This document shows, piece by piece, positions 12,951 through 24,749 of a stretch of DNA of 64,000 nt (positions are counted from its first letter, which is position 1; each line of letters opens with the position of its first letter). Made by a program: the position numbers and the translations under genes. The stretch is from Oculina patagonica (taxonomy: Eukaryota): contig NC_135763.1 of assembly GCF_052425735.1 (NCBI RefSeq), forward strand, positions 35,278,001 to 35,342,000, in the 5' to 3' direction. The notes under the pieces were generated by a model, which saw only the letters and a program-made list of their open reading frames with translations, did no database searches and had not been told where the DNA came from.

Positions 12951-14102
12951 ATGAGCGCAGTGTTTCACCAAGCCGTGCTAGAGGGAGACACAACGAAAGT
13001 GAAATTTATATTGAAATATGGGCAAGGAATACGAGTGAATCAACCGAATAAATATGGCCTCACAGCTCTACAACAAGCATGTGTGGATGGAAATTTAGGA
13101 CTGGCGAACTTTCTTCTCGAGCGCGGAGCGGATTTGAGTCTTGTGGACTCCAATGGACGCACTGCGCTTCATCTCGCCTCTGAGCAAGGGCATTTAGACA
13201 TTGCTAGCTTGCTGGTGAATTCAGCTTGTGCTGATGTGAATGCAAGAAATGGCTGCGGACAAAAGGCGGTTGATGTTGCCGGTAACGACCAAGTCCGAGC
13301 GCTTCTTTCGCAAGCGATGCTCTCGGAGAGTTTCAAACAGAAATGTTCCTTCGCTCAAACCTTGGACGAAGGAGTGAGTTACGAGTTTAAAAACGTTCCA
13401 GGTTGGCGCTATTCTATCTCGAGCACGTCAACAGATTCTGGCGTATCTGAAGACTCTACATACAGCCACGATAGCGGTTATGATTCTAGATACCCAAGCA
13501 GGCATTATCAAGCCGCAAGTTATAATAATTACAGCTGTGGAAACCCTGAGCAAAACGATTATTATGTTACCGAAGCTACACCGTATTATCGCGATCAAAG
13601 AACTGACAAAGAGTTCATTTCTGCCCGGCGAGTAGAACCCTCTAATCACGCTATGTTGACAAAAAGTCATTCATTTACCGGCAGTCGACACGAATACAGT
13701 GTAAAATTGGAAAACCCGGTTGCGGTGGACAGCAAGCAGTCCCTGGGTGGCGAATCCGCGCGATATCGCAGACAACAAAAAATTCGCAAAGACCCTACAA
13801 GAAGAAAGACTGTGACCTTTGGCGAAAATGAATCGTATACTATTTCCCCTCGCGAGGAGCAGCGATATCCTAAGAGTTATTCGCTCAGTCGCCCGCCAAT
13901 TTCAAGCAGTAATAGACCCCCATTACCAGAGACATGGAGAGATTCAACAACCTATGCAACCCGGTTTACGCAGCCCAGGGAAGCAAGCTCCACAAAAGAC
14001 AAGGAAAGACGCTCATCCGTAGACAAGGGTGAAAACCCTCGGAAAGAGGGAAAGTCTAAAAAGCACATTCTATCAGGATTCTTGGAAAAATACGTACATT
14101 AG
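12951..14102 (+). CDS. Cluster gene 3: ankyrin-repeat protein (MYPT/PPP1R12-PPP1R27/NRARP-like repeats) with disordered tail carrying RVxF and a DSGxxS degron
   Basis: Ankyrin consensus segments GLTALQQACVDGN, GRTALHLASEQGHLDIA and GQKAVDVA. RRKTVTF at 13800-13820; DSGYDS at 13470-13487. First in-frame ATG at 12951; AATAAA at 14751. Confidence 0.9.
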   Translation: MSAVFHQAVLEGDTTKVKFILKYGQGIRVNQPNKYGLTALQQACVDGNLGLANFLLERGADLSLVDSNGRTALHLASEQGHLDIASLLVNSACADVNARNGCGQKAVDVAGNDQVRALLSQAMLSESFKQKCSFAQTLDEGVSYEFKNVPGWRYSISSTSTDSGVSEDSTYSHDSGYDSRYPSRHYQAASYNNYSCGNPEQNDYYVTEATPYYRDQRTDKEFISARRVEPSNHAMLTKSHSFTGSRHEYSVKLENPVAVDSKQSLGGESARYRRQQKIRKDPTRRKTVTFGENESYTISPREEQRYPKSYSLSRPPISSSNRPPLPETWRDSTTYATRFTQPREASSTKDKERRSSVDKGENPRKEGKSKKHILSGFLEKYVH

Positions 14103-16174
14103 CTAACGTTTAGATGATGTTATTTTCACTGCATAAATTATGAATATAGCGTCCTCGAGTTGGCATAATATCAGCTTGATTTTTTTTTGCCCAGAAAATC
14201 ATTCAGCTGTAAAAACGTACATATTTGATCCTGGAGATTTTTGAAATATTAGCGTATTTTATTTTCTGAGGAAAGCTTGTATATATCATTGTACGTGATT
14301 GTAAATTGTCAAACTAAATTTTGATATTTTAAATTTCATATTTGGAATTTTGAATATTCGGTGATACATATCTATTTATATAAGATGATGTAAACAATAT
14401 GTGTGCAGCTGCAATTTTATTTAAACATTTCCCAAGAGTTGTTTTGAGCTTTGTCGGTTTTTAAATATCTTAGAACGTCTTTCGGTGAAGTATTCCAGTT
14501 ACTGTATTTCTTTTCAAGGATTTATGGATGATATTACGATATTTAAATATTCCCAAGCCTTAATTTATCCATGAGGTGTAGTATAAACTATGATGCCAAG
14601 ACGCCGAATACTTGATAAAAAAATTTAACTCTTAATTATACCAGAAGTTGATTGTATTTTTGAGAAAACGTGGCCTACCATTCATTTCTACCTACAATAC
14701 TGAATATCACTTTTGAAAACGTACGCTATATATGATTGTGATAAAAAAGAAATAAATGGAATCTTATTATGAAATGAATAATTTATTGTATTCTCATGTT
14801 ACAACGCGATATTCTCTTTATTTTGGCTTCTGAACTAGAAACGCCAAAACAGAATCAATAAACTCCACAGCATTTATTAGGAAGCGGTCCAAAAAGATCC
14901 TGGTAATTAGAAGATGCAAATGTTTGCTTGAGAGTCCTCGAGGTAAATACGCGGCAAGGCGTTCAGTTTTTTAATCAACATAACTTTAAACTGAGGTAAT
15001 ACAACTTTCACTGCAGAAGCTATTAGTTTTCAGTCGTTTTTGGTGTTAGTGCATCGATCAAACGCGCCACTTTTTTCCTTGGTCGCTTTTTAAGAATGAC
15101 TTTTTCTTGTTACTCCGTATATTTATGCGGAATAAACAATGATTTTGCAGTCGGTAAAACACAATTGTCCTTTGATATGCAGTCATTTTCAAGTGGATGC
15201 TTTCTTACCCTCTTAAGTGCCGTGGGATAATGGCGTTCAGTTACTATTGATACCAAATCTTTGCTCTTTTTAATGCGTTTTCGGTGTCTGTATGTTAGTG
15301 TAGTCCAATTTTCTCACGAGTCCAAAGTTTTAGGTTTTATTTACCCTATTTGGTTTCCTGTTTTTATATGCAAATAATTTTTAAAACAAAAGGTTCACCC
15401 TTTTGCTTAATCGCAAGAGTAAACAGCCCTTTCCGCCTTCAATTTACCGACAAAAAATAATGAACAAAGCAAACTACGTAGGTTGCCTTATTTAATCAAC
15501 AAAATTACTGAAGCTTATCTTTTTCAACAGCGGGCTTTACTATACAAGTCAATGCGGTGATTGTATCGGTTACTTTGAAAGTTAAAAGTCTAAATTAAAC
15601 GAAGATGGCAACATGCTTAAACCTCTATAGCTTGACTTGAAATGGTTGTTTTTAAAAGAAAGTTCTGGCATTGTGGCAATAGAGACAATAGCACCCTGTC
15701 CTCCCCTCTCGGTTGTTCTTGGTGTGGGGCAAAAGAAACGCAACCTACGTTAGTTCCCAGGGTCTTTCTCTCTCTCGCTGGGAACGAAAGGTTACGAGGT
15801 TTTGAGGAGCAGGGTTGGGGGTTGTTGGGGCCCTCCCTTCCCCCCATTTTCTTTTTTTTTTGTTTTTTTTTTTTTTTTTTTTTTTTTGTTTTTCAGAAAT
15901 AAACCAAGGGAATATGAATTCTTTTGAAAAAATGTATGCCAAGCAAGCCACTGTTACTGTAGCCTGTGTATTTGAAGCCGCCCCCCTCGCCTAAAACATG
16001 GCGGGAGGGAGGGAGGGGAGGGGGGAGGAGAGACGTTTGCGCCGCTTATCGCTCCGGATAAATAAGTTTGGGTTTGAGACCCGGCCCTGGCCGGGGCCAC
16101 TGTTTTTCAGCAAATAACTTTGCCTTCCAAGTATCCCTGGCTCCTCCTTATAGCAAAAAAGGTCATTAATGGCT

Positions 16175-16325
16175 TCTTCTTCTGACTGGTTAGAGCGCCC
16201 AACCGGTATCTGTTTATTTGTGAAACTTTTATGGAGGCCATTGGGTTCGATTCCCGTCGGGAACTCAGCATTATTCTTTGTCCCAAGCTCGTGTCATGAT
16301 GTTGAAAAATACATCTTTATTAACA
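16175..16325 (+). mobile_element. Degenerate tRNA-derived SINE
   Basis: A-box-like CTGGTTAGAGCG and B-box GGTTCGATTCCC followed by a non-tRNA tail; no closed cloverleaf. Confidence 0.55.
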
Positions 16326-17659
16326 CTACTTTAGTTGAAAGTGACCATGATTAGATATCGTGGCGTAAGGTTAGGTTAGTGACTTGATATCGTATGAAAT
16401 CGCAGTAGATCGCACTTTTGATTGGCTACTTGCGAATTCTTGGGTACGGTAAGCCGCCGAAACGTACCAAAAAGGAATGATAAGGTCTAAATAGCAGTCG
16501 ACGACAATATTAATAATCGATAACAATTAATTGATTGACATCGGAAATCGATTACCAAAAAAATGTTTAAAAAAAAAACAGGCGGCGCGGGCAGTAACTT
16601 CTCTTTTCTGAAGACCTCTGTACTTTTTCTATCACTTATAACGAAGGGAAGTTTATGAGAGATAGGAAAACAACCAATTTGCCTGCGGGAATCATCCAGG
16701 GCTTCAGTAGTTTTCATCGCAATTCAGTGTGAGACTACACAATAAAGCTAGAGCCTCTCATGAGTTCTTGAGGGAGATGTTCAATAGAAAGGCTCTTTTT
16801 GTACTGAAGCTTAAAAGAAGCAAAAACCAGATGTTTTTCTAGTACGATGACTGAGATCCTGAACGATAAATTGTTTATAATAAGCGCAAACACAAGAATT
16901 TGTTCAAACACCGCACCCTGTGCTTGCGCTCAGTTGTGTTTCACTGAGTATGTTTGTAAGGACCTCTGTGCTTGCGTTGCTGCTGAACACTGAGCTATCA
17001 TGCACTCTTAATTCAGTTTATGCGATTCTCACTGATACAAAAAGAAATGATCACAAAGGGTCGTTAAAAAACAATGGATCACACTTTAAAATATTATGGC
17101 TTTGATTTCATCGCGCTTGTGTAGTATTTAGAACTTAAATATTGATGAACCCAGAAAAAGAAAAAGGTTCGTCCACTATGAAATCGTGGTTTCGATTGTG
17201 AATCGAAAATCAGGTATTAAAAGAAACTTTGAATAGTTCTAGATAAAGACTGAACCATTCTTATTATGATCACATGCATAGCTATATGAAATCTCGGTTA
17301 TTGTTTTTTTTTATAATTTTACTGAATAGGAAGACTATGGTTACCAAAAATAATATTTTATTCATTCGATAGAAACCGCAAGTAAAAGTGTTTGTAGTTT
17401 TTCTATAGGTTACTATAAAGCACAAAAAAAATAAGCGTTAAGCACGTAGGGATTTTACATGTAAAAGAACTTACGAAGTGGGTAGTAGAGTTCAAATGGA
17501 TTTAAACTGTACACCTCAGAATTAATTTTCTTCTTTCAAGCCAGTTTATGTTTTTGAGAACTATAATCTGAAAATTTGCTCGTTTTGAGAGTAACAAGCT
17601 GCGATTCTACTCTGAAAAAGGATTAATTTTGTAAGATCGGTAATTAATAGCTGACAACT

Positions 17660-18664
17660 ATGGCTGCCTCTCGCGACGTTTACTCCGAAGACGACAACTT
17701 TCTCATTGGGGACGATTTCAGCACAGATCGTCACCGCCGAGAGGCAAGGCAACTTCATCGCAGCGAATTTAAAACAATTCGTCGCGAAGCTCATTTCGCA
17801 AGGTACAGAAACTCTTTTCTAAAATGTGATTTAGATCAAACAATTGATCGAATTGAACAGGGAAGGCGTTTGAGATCGGCAGAACTTGAGCGTGCAAAAG
17901 CTGCTATTACGAAGCAAGCTGAAAGTAGAAGTAAAGTTAGCCGTCATAGACTAAATGAAAACGATACAAAGATGTATTCTGATACGAAATCAAATGGAAA
18001 ACTTGTCAGCAATGTTTCGACGAATAGGGAGGCTAAAACCAAAGATCTTGGCACTGAAAGCCGATTGACAAGACAAAGCCAGCAAGGTTTTAGAAACAGC
18101 ATTACTACGTTAAGTTTGTCGCGCGCGTCTTCAGTGACAGGAAAACGCGCATGTGATTTGGCGGGAGAAATTAGGCAAGTAACTCCCTCGATGAGCACGG
18201 GCAATGGTAAAGCTAGCTCACTGGAAAATCATTCAGAAAACGCTGGAACGGCAGACGAGAAGGAATTTGAGATGAAGATCCCCGCTTCTGTTTCGGAAAC
18301 TAAATCGGATTCGGAGTGGAATTCAGCAGCAAAGAGCCCATCAGCTAAATCTGTTATCGAAAAGACTTCTCTTTTGAACCGAAGAAAGGGCAGTGCAACT
18401 AGTTTTCAGGATACAGACGCCAAGAAAATACAAACCCAGTCCGCACACGAACGGTGGATGTGGAAGGAGTTTGATAAGATAATGAAAGGTTTTTCGGATT
18501 TCCTGCAGATTGAGCATAAATCAGTCAACTTGAGAAGCGAGGCTGCTGTAGACAAAGAGACGAAGCTAAGGCCACCTCAAAATGTAAAGCGTAATTCCCT
18601 CAATACTCTAAGTCCACTATACTTTCGTCATGGAATTTCTGATCAAATAGCTTTTCGTTTTTAG
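17660..18664 (+). CDS. Cluster gene 4: disordered protein with N-terminal coiled-coil segment
   Basis: 334-aa ATG ORF. NSFLKCDLDQTIDRI coiled-coil motif shared with genes 6 and 7; RRKGS and KRNS sites; C-terminal amphipathic WMWKEFDKIMKGF. Confidence 0.8.
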   Translation: MAASRDVYSEDDNFLIGDDFSTDRHRREARQLHRSEFKTIRREAHFARYRNSFLKCDLDQTIDRIEQGRRLRSAELERAKAAITKQAESRSKVSRHRLNENDTKMYSDTKSNGKLVSNVSTNREAKTKDLGTESRLTRQSQQGFRNSITTLSLSRASSVTGKRACDLAGEIRQVTPSMSTGNGKASSLENHSENAGTADEKEFEMKIPASVSETKSDSEWNSAAKSPSAKSVIEKTSLLNRRKGSATSFQDTDAKKIQTQSAHERWMWKEFDKIMKGFSDFLQIEHKSVNLRSEAAVDKETKLRPPQNVKRNSLNTLSPLYFRHGISDQIAFRF

Positions 18665-19958
18665 AGTGCTATTGCTGCCAACGTTTTATCAATGGGCGAC
18701 AAGTTTCGACGGATTATTTAATTGGATCACAATCTTCCACTTATTTTCTCTGATTTGCTGCGTATGTATAGACTCTCAGCTCTACCACGAAACATCATCC
18801 AAATGTTACTCATCAGTAACGGTTTTGTAAAACAGTGCATGCAAACTCTAGAAATGGCGAAAACGCCCTAGTAAGCGTGTACGTCTTTCAATGTCTACTG
18901 TTCAAGATGTCTGCAAACTTGTCGATGTAACATGGGTTTGTCTTGGTACCGCCTTTTTGGCGCCACCCCACAGCATCAGATGCTGGCCTTCAAGAGCGCT
19001 TCTACTGCATGAACGGACACCTCCCGTAAGCACACTTTGTGCCGAGGTCTCAGCCACAGACAAACACTACATTTTTAACCTCCCATAAGCGGACACTTTT
19101 TCATGGTCCCAAGGGTGCCGGTTGCCAACCGATTCTCCACTAGCTGGTGTTGTTCTCGGCAACGCTTGTAAATATCCAACTGGTTTGGCTCCTGCCAGCT
19201 GTTCTATGTTCATAGTGTTTTAGATTTGGTAACACTGGTTTTGTTAAGTCCCATAAGGGGAGTGATCAATTAAGATTTTTTGTGTGTGCTGTTCACGCGA
19301 GGTTCTATAGTTTTGAGGTTCCTTTTAATATTTCCGGCATGCATCTACTGCATCAAGCTATGACAGTTGAATATGGAATCTCTTTCCTGTATTTTAGCAT
19401 TTCGCTTTTATAAAGCTTGAATTTCAATAGTTTTATTCCGATGCTAATCAGCGAATATTGAAACTCTAGGATAAAAAGCTTTATTTTTCCAGCTTAATGG
19501 CAGCAATCTATCCCAACCTTCCCAAATCTTCCGTTAACAAATATTTTTTTACCTTATGTTATATCATTTTGACGTTGTTTTGATAGAAAGAAAATCTTGA
19601 ACTTCGAATAATGGATAAATAGATAGCATGACTTTGTTCTGTCTTCTTTGCACATCTGATAAGTAGAATTTAGGTTCTATATCTTGGACAGCGATGCTCA
19701 CGCGAGTTTTCTCGGCTTGGCGTATTAAAGTGCACACGAACGGATTGGAGCGCGAGCTCCAACACTCACTGATGAGGAGATGTCACGAATAGAAAAGAAA
19801 CGATCGGCTCAGTACTCTTCTTTAAATTCTAATAAATAGTATATGAGTAATCAGAAGTACCCGGTTCGAAGTGATAAATTTCGATTTCAAAATAGCAAAG
19901 CAGCATCAAATTTATGGACACGTATTTCAAGGACGCTAGACTTGGTTTTCCTTGATAA

Positions 19959-20633
19959 AGCGGTTTTCAAAAGAGTGTTGTAAAACCAAAACCAAAGTAA
20001 CTACTCTGGTGAATGATAAAAGACACAAACAATCTTTGCATTTTTATCAATTGATCCGAGTCACGATTGGGTTTTTGATGGGTTTAATTCTGATGGGTTG
20101 AGAAAGAAAGGGGCACTATTTTGTTTCGTATCAACAGTGCCGTAGCAAGGGGCGGGGCCGGGGGGGGGGCCCGTGCCCCCCCCCAGTTTTTTTTCCCAAA
20201 AAGTAAAAACAGACCTGTATAAAATGTTGAAAATACAATTTTATCTCCCGAGAGGTTTAAAACAATAAACATTTGTACTTCTTTTCATTTTTTAACGTAT
20301 GTAGGGTGATGCACAACAATATTAAACAGCCAAAAACTAAAACAAACCAGAAATCGTGACAACAATGTGAAAAAATGTCTCAAATTCGCAATAAGCGCAA
20401 ATCACAAATAGCTTTTGGAGAGCGCTGGAAATAGCATTTCCAAGCCTCTAGATTTCAAAATTTTCTGGGAGGGCATGCCCCCAGACCCCTCTAGCAGCTC
20501 GCGCCTCCGGCGCTCGCGTACCCCCCCCCCCCCACTTATTTTACTCTTGCTACGGCACTGATCAATCATCGGGCGTACTAATGCAAAACCAAAGCAAAAG
20601 CGATTTACTTTTGGCACTCAAGTGAAAAACGCT
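19959..20633. mobile_element. Older MITE (TIR AGCGGTTTTCA..GAGTG / CACTCAAGTGAAAAACGCT) interrupted by a younger element
   Basis: Imperfect terminal inverted repeats; internal AAAACCAAAG motifs on both sides of the insertion. Confidence 0.55.
20135..20560. mobile_element. MITE with perfect 15-bp TIR CAGTGCCGTAGCAAG
   Basis: TIRs at 20135-20149 and 20546-20560; 5-bp flanking direct repeat ATCAA. Confidence 0.85.
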
Positions 20634-20969
20634 CCATTAAAATGGGAATCAATGTATAGTCAGCAGATTTAAATTAAGGCTTTTTGACGTGTTGCCTTTT
20701 ATAGAGGCACTGCTTGATCAAAGGTGTTACAGAATGTAAATTTTAATACAGTTTTAACTTACTTTTTAGTTTTCAAAAATATTGTAACGGTTACTTTTGA
20801 AAATGTATGTTGCTTACATACGAACATACGAAACGTTAAGTTTAGTATAAATGCATTGTTTTGTCTTGTTATCACCGCTGTTTGCTTTATAGCTACGATG
20901 GCCTATTAAAATAAAGACGAAACTCTGATTTGTAACTGGCATCCAGTCCACCTCTGACTAGCGCAGTCA

Positions 20970-20982
20970 GTATCCTAGCAAC
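20970..20982. promoter_or_regulatory. RFX X-box-like site GTATCCTAGCAAC upstream of gene 5
   Basis: Consensus match about 390 bp upstream of ATG 21365; TATAAAA near 21318. Confidence 0.35.
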
Positions 20983-21364
20983 AAATTGATTATCCTTGCC
21001 TCTTGATGTTCATTGACTGACCGGCCGCGTGTGAATTGACAACAAACAGATTATATTCAGCCATAAACAATAAACGTTGTCAACCAGAAATAGTTAATAA
21101 TTTATTCAGGCATAAGAGCTTCTTTGTCTATCTGAATTTTCAAGCTTGTCAGTGGATTTACAAGTTGTGGACGAATTACTTTTCAACTCGTTTGCATTTT
21201 TACGGTTTTTGCACTCTAAAGTGACAAAGTTCTGCTACTTTTGACATGGATGGTTTTTAATATGGTGGATTATTAATTATTGGAGTTTATATTAACTGAG
21301 TTAAACACAAACGCGAGTATAAAAGTCTCGCACCGTGAAAACCGTCAACACGACGCTTTCAAGC

Positions 21365-21946
21365 ATGAACTTGGCCGACGGACGCTCCGAAGTCTCGCTA
21401 TCTCCAACCCGAAGACAGAACAGATCTAGAGCGCATTCAGAACCGTTTAGAACTCGTAAAACTCGTTCGGTCTGGAATTCATCGAGGAATTCGGGTTCGC
21501 CAGACTCGCGACAAACTAAATCATGCCGCTCTGAGATCGACATGACCTTGATGAACGAGCAAAACAGAGAGAAGCTCATCGAAACGTTTTTACCCGATCT
21601 GAGGAAGAATCACACTCGAATGGGGTTCCTGCATCGTGTAAGGCCGTTTAATCTCAATCAAGAGAAGCTGAAGACTGTACAAATTCGCGCAAAAACCGCC
21701 TCGTACAACAGGGACCTTCGCGAACATTCAGACATATCTTTCGGCTGTGGTAGAAAGGCCGCAAACAGCATAACTCCGCGGCCTAGATGGGCTGTGAAGC
21801 CTATACCCATGAACTCAGCGAACGACAGACTCTGCCCTGATGCTCCGCCGCAAATGGTAGCGTTTGTGAAACGACAGCAATGGAATTACAGTGATGGTAG
21901 ATTATCTCTTGACAGACCACTGCCGAAGAGATCACTTGACAAGTAG
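21365..21946 (+). CDS. Cluster gene 5: Arg/Ser-rich disordered protein
   Basis: ORF 21335..21946, first ATG at 21365 just after a TATA-like box; FLPDL motif, RSRAHS; GC content higher than the flanks. Confidence 0.7.
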   Translation: MNLADGRSEVSLSPTRRQNRSRAHSEPFRTRKTRSVWNSSRNSGSPDSRQTKSCRSEIDMTLMNEQNREKLIETFLPDLRKNHTRMGFLHRVRPFNLNQEKLKTVQIRAKTASYNRDLREHSDISFGCGRKAANSITPRPRWAVKPIPMNSANDRLCPDAPPQMVAFVKRQQWNYSDGRLSLDRPLPKRSLDK

Positions 21947-23951
21947 ATACGTACTCGTGTTACCCGGCCGGGTTTCACAGGATGAACTGATAAGTGTGGA
22001 CGGTTATCCATGTTATCTAATCAGGAACAGATAAATCAGTGGAAAGGTTCACGAGAGATAACTGCAACTTATCAAAGAAGATGAAGAAGAAGTGCTGAAA
22101 ACGTTTGTTTGTTATATTCGATGTGATGTCAGCTGTCTTGGAGATTAAGGAATGTTTTCATAGCATTATTAAGAATTTACGAACTTTTATCATACTGAAG
22201 GTCGGGAACAGCGCTTTCTGAACAGAAGCTAACAGAATATTGTTGCTCATTTATGACGGAATGTTACTTATAGGACAGAAAAGGTGATCTCACGGCACAT
22301 ATATCTGTGGGGAAATTAACGCTTGAATTATTGACTAATCAAAGTACTATGTACACTGTACCCGGGACTGTACAATTATTACATATAATTTTTTCCTCTT
22401 GTTTATATATATTGGGCAGGTGTGTACGACACTAAAATAATAAAGATACACTTTATTACAAACTTTTGAAATGGAGCCCATTATGACGGCTCCTGCTGTT
22501 ATCTTATGATTCTTATGGGGCAGAATTCTAAACCAAAGGTCCAAGCGCGTAGCTGAGGTTTTTGGAGGGTGTTCGTATTTTCGTTTTTAGGGGTTATTAA
22601 ATAAGAAAGGGTAACTTCAATGCTGTCATTCAGCACAGTGTTGTATCCTGGAAAAGGGACCTTTGTCCAGAGGATACAGTCACTCAGGGTTTTTTTAGGT
22701 TTTTAGCGGGTGCAAAAAGACGTCTTTATTCTCTTGAGTGTAAAGAGAAGTACGTGCCACCAAAGTCTCCGACTTTAAAGTAAAGTGAACGCTTTCTTCC
22801 TTGTAAAACAATGAATAGGATGCACTTGAAAATGCTGGTTTCCTGAGAGAGTGCTGCAAAGTGCTTCGAGGCATGTGATTGGTCCGTCTCTGACCACCTT
22901 GACTTTCTAAAGGCAAGTCTACGGACCACCGTACTAAAACTGTGACGTGATGACGTCAAATAAGTCACGATCAGTTTATTCAAGCAGAGTAAAGTCGATT
23001 GAAGGCGCTTCTACGCCAGACAACAGCCTTAAGTCACAGCCCGCAAATGTTCTTTCCTCCCTAACTCTATTTCAGTAAGGATAGAAAGTCGAAAATAACA
23101 ACACCCAAGGCAGTAGGAACACCCTACACTCAGTGTACTTTAACTGGAGGAATCATAGTGAAAAATAAATATTCTGGGGGACAGTAATATGGATTGAAGG
23201 TTGCAGACGTGACTAGCAGACAAAATGCATGCCCGAGTGCACGTATTCTGTGTAAATTCGAGTGGCCTACTTAACGGGTCACTAGCTAGCTATTTGCCAC
23301 TCGTGTATCCAAACACGCGCCCAATTAATTATAGTGAAAATTGGACTCTCTTTTCCTCGTTATCCTTTAAGTTTTATTGCTTTAAACGAGATTAAGTTTA
23401 CCAAAGGTTTATGAGCTATTATTTACAAGGCTTGCCATTTGTTTACGTTTTTCATTATTTTTGTCTTGGAAAATGGAAAATTAATTTTTTCTCGTCATTC
23501 GGAGTATGGTTTCTTTAATGTCTTTAAGTTTTATTATAATAGATTATAATAGAATGAATTAAAATTATGTTAACCCAATATGACTACTGAGGCTTTATAT
23601 GACTGCAATGTGGCTTGATATTTTCCTATGTATTAAATTACTCAGACATTTTCATTAAGAAGACAAACCGTTGGTTTTGAATATCTTTTCAGCCTAAATT
23701 ACGAGCTAACATGTTTTTCGCGTACGACTTAAAATATTTGGCAAAATAAGTTATGGGAACGAAAAGCTATCTGTATATATACACATACTGCAAATGATAT
23801 TTTACATACATTTTCATATATAAGGAAACTTTTGTTTTACGGAAGGTTTAACCTGTTTTTTCGAATTCATGCAGATATATACCTATCTAAATAATTAATT
23901 ATTTTAAGCAATGTTTGAATTTCACAAAAAGACTTTCTCGAAGGACTCATT

Positions 23952-24749
23952 TCACCGCGTATAGCGAATTCTGTCCGGAGAAACTCGTTTTGTTCTTGAA
24001 TTTCTTCGTTGTTGTTTAGGCTCTCGAATACTCTTCGTCTCACTCAAACACTGCTCAAGTTTCATAAACCTTGGATCATCGAGACATTTTTGCGTTTTTT
24101 CTCGAGAAAGTTTTAGCATTTCTGGTACACTTGGCTGTTTTCGAAGCGGTGGCTTTCTCTTAGACAAAGCAGCGGGTTCTCGAAATGCTCCTTCGTTAGC
24201 GTGAATTGGCGGTAACTGATTCGGAGCTAAGTCTTCTAACTCAGGTGCTTGAGTGCCTGAAAGTTTTTTCCTGCTGCCGGCCACCGGGTTGGCGCTGGCT
24301 TCGTTTGATGGTCTATTTTGAACTGCTAATCGAACAAGCGTTATCGCCTTTTCCCAACGCCCCTTCGCCGCTTTGTTATGCCCTACGACTTCACCACCCA
24401 GGTTTGCGTGATTTGTCTCCAAGTTCGTAGCTACAATTGATCTTTTCCTTGCATCAATCGGCGGTAACTGCTCGCTACCTTGAGCATGTTTGCTTTCTCG
24501 ACGGTCAGGGAGCGTTCGCGGCCTTTCTTCGGACGCCGAAACTTGTTTCGTGGCAAATTCTAACTGTCTGTAAGTCATGTACTTATCCTGCCTGAATTGA
24601 TGTTTAGATAAAGTGTCTAAGCGCGTGTTGAGGGCCCGATCTTCGTAGGCATTCTCCTTGAGTATTGCGTTTCCAACCTTGTTCTTTAGCCGCATTTCGC
24701 CAGTCTTGCTGATTCTAATGAGCGGGTATCTTGACGAACTCACACTCAT
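23952..24749 (-). CDS. Cluster gene 6: coiled-coil + 2x LPPI + CaM-binding-like helix + DPRF motif
   Basis: 265-aa ATG ORF containing ENAYEDRALNTRLDTL, QLPPID, QLPPIH, KGRWEKAITLVRLAV and DDPRFMKL (DPRF at 24066-24077). Confidence 0.85.
   Translation of the reverse strand: MSVSSSRYPLIRISKTGEMRLKNKVGNAILKENAYEDRALNTRLDTLSKHQFRQDKYMTYRQLEFATKQVSASEERPRTLPDRRESKHAQGSEQLPPIDARKRSIVATNLETNHANLGGEVVGHNKAAKGRWEKAITLVRLAVQNRPSNEASANPVAGSRKKLSGTQAPELEDLAPNQLPPIHANEGAFREPAALSKRKPPLRKQPSVPEMLKLSREKTQKCLDDPRFMKLEQCLSETKSIREPKQQRRNSRTKRVSPDRIRYTR

Noticed and set aside
12996-13007. KVKF inside ankyrin repeat 1 as a PP1-docking motif
   Set aside because: Falls in the predicted second helix of the repeat, so unlikely to be accessible as an extended strand.
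16175-16265. Possible intron-containing tRNA gene
   Set aside because: Acceptor stem does not pair and the 3' flank continues as a SINE-like body; treated as a SINE, as are 62311 and 63860.
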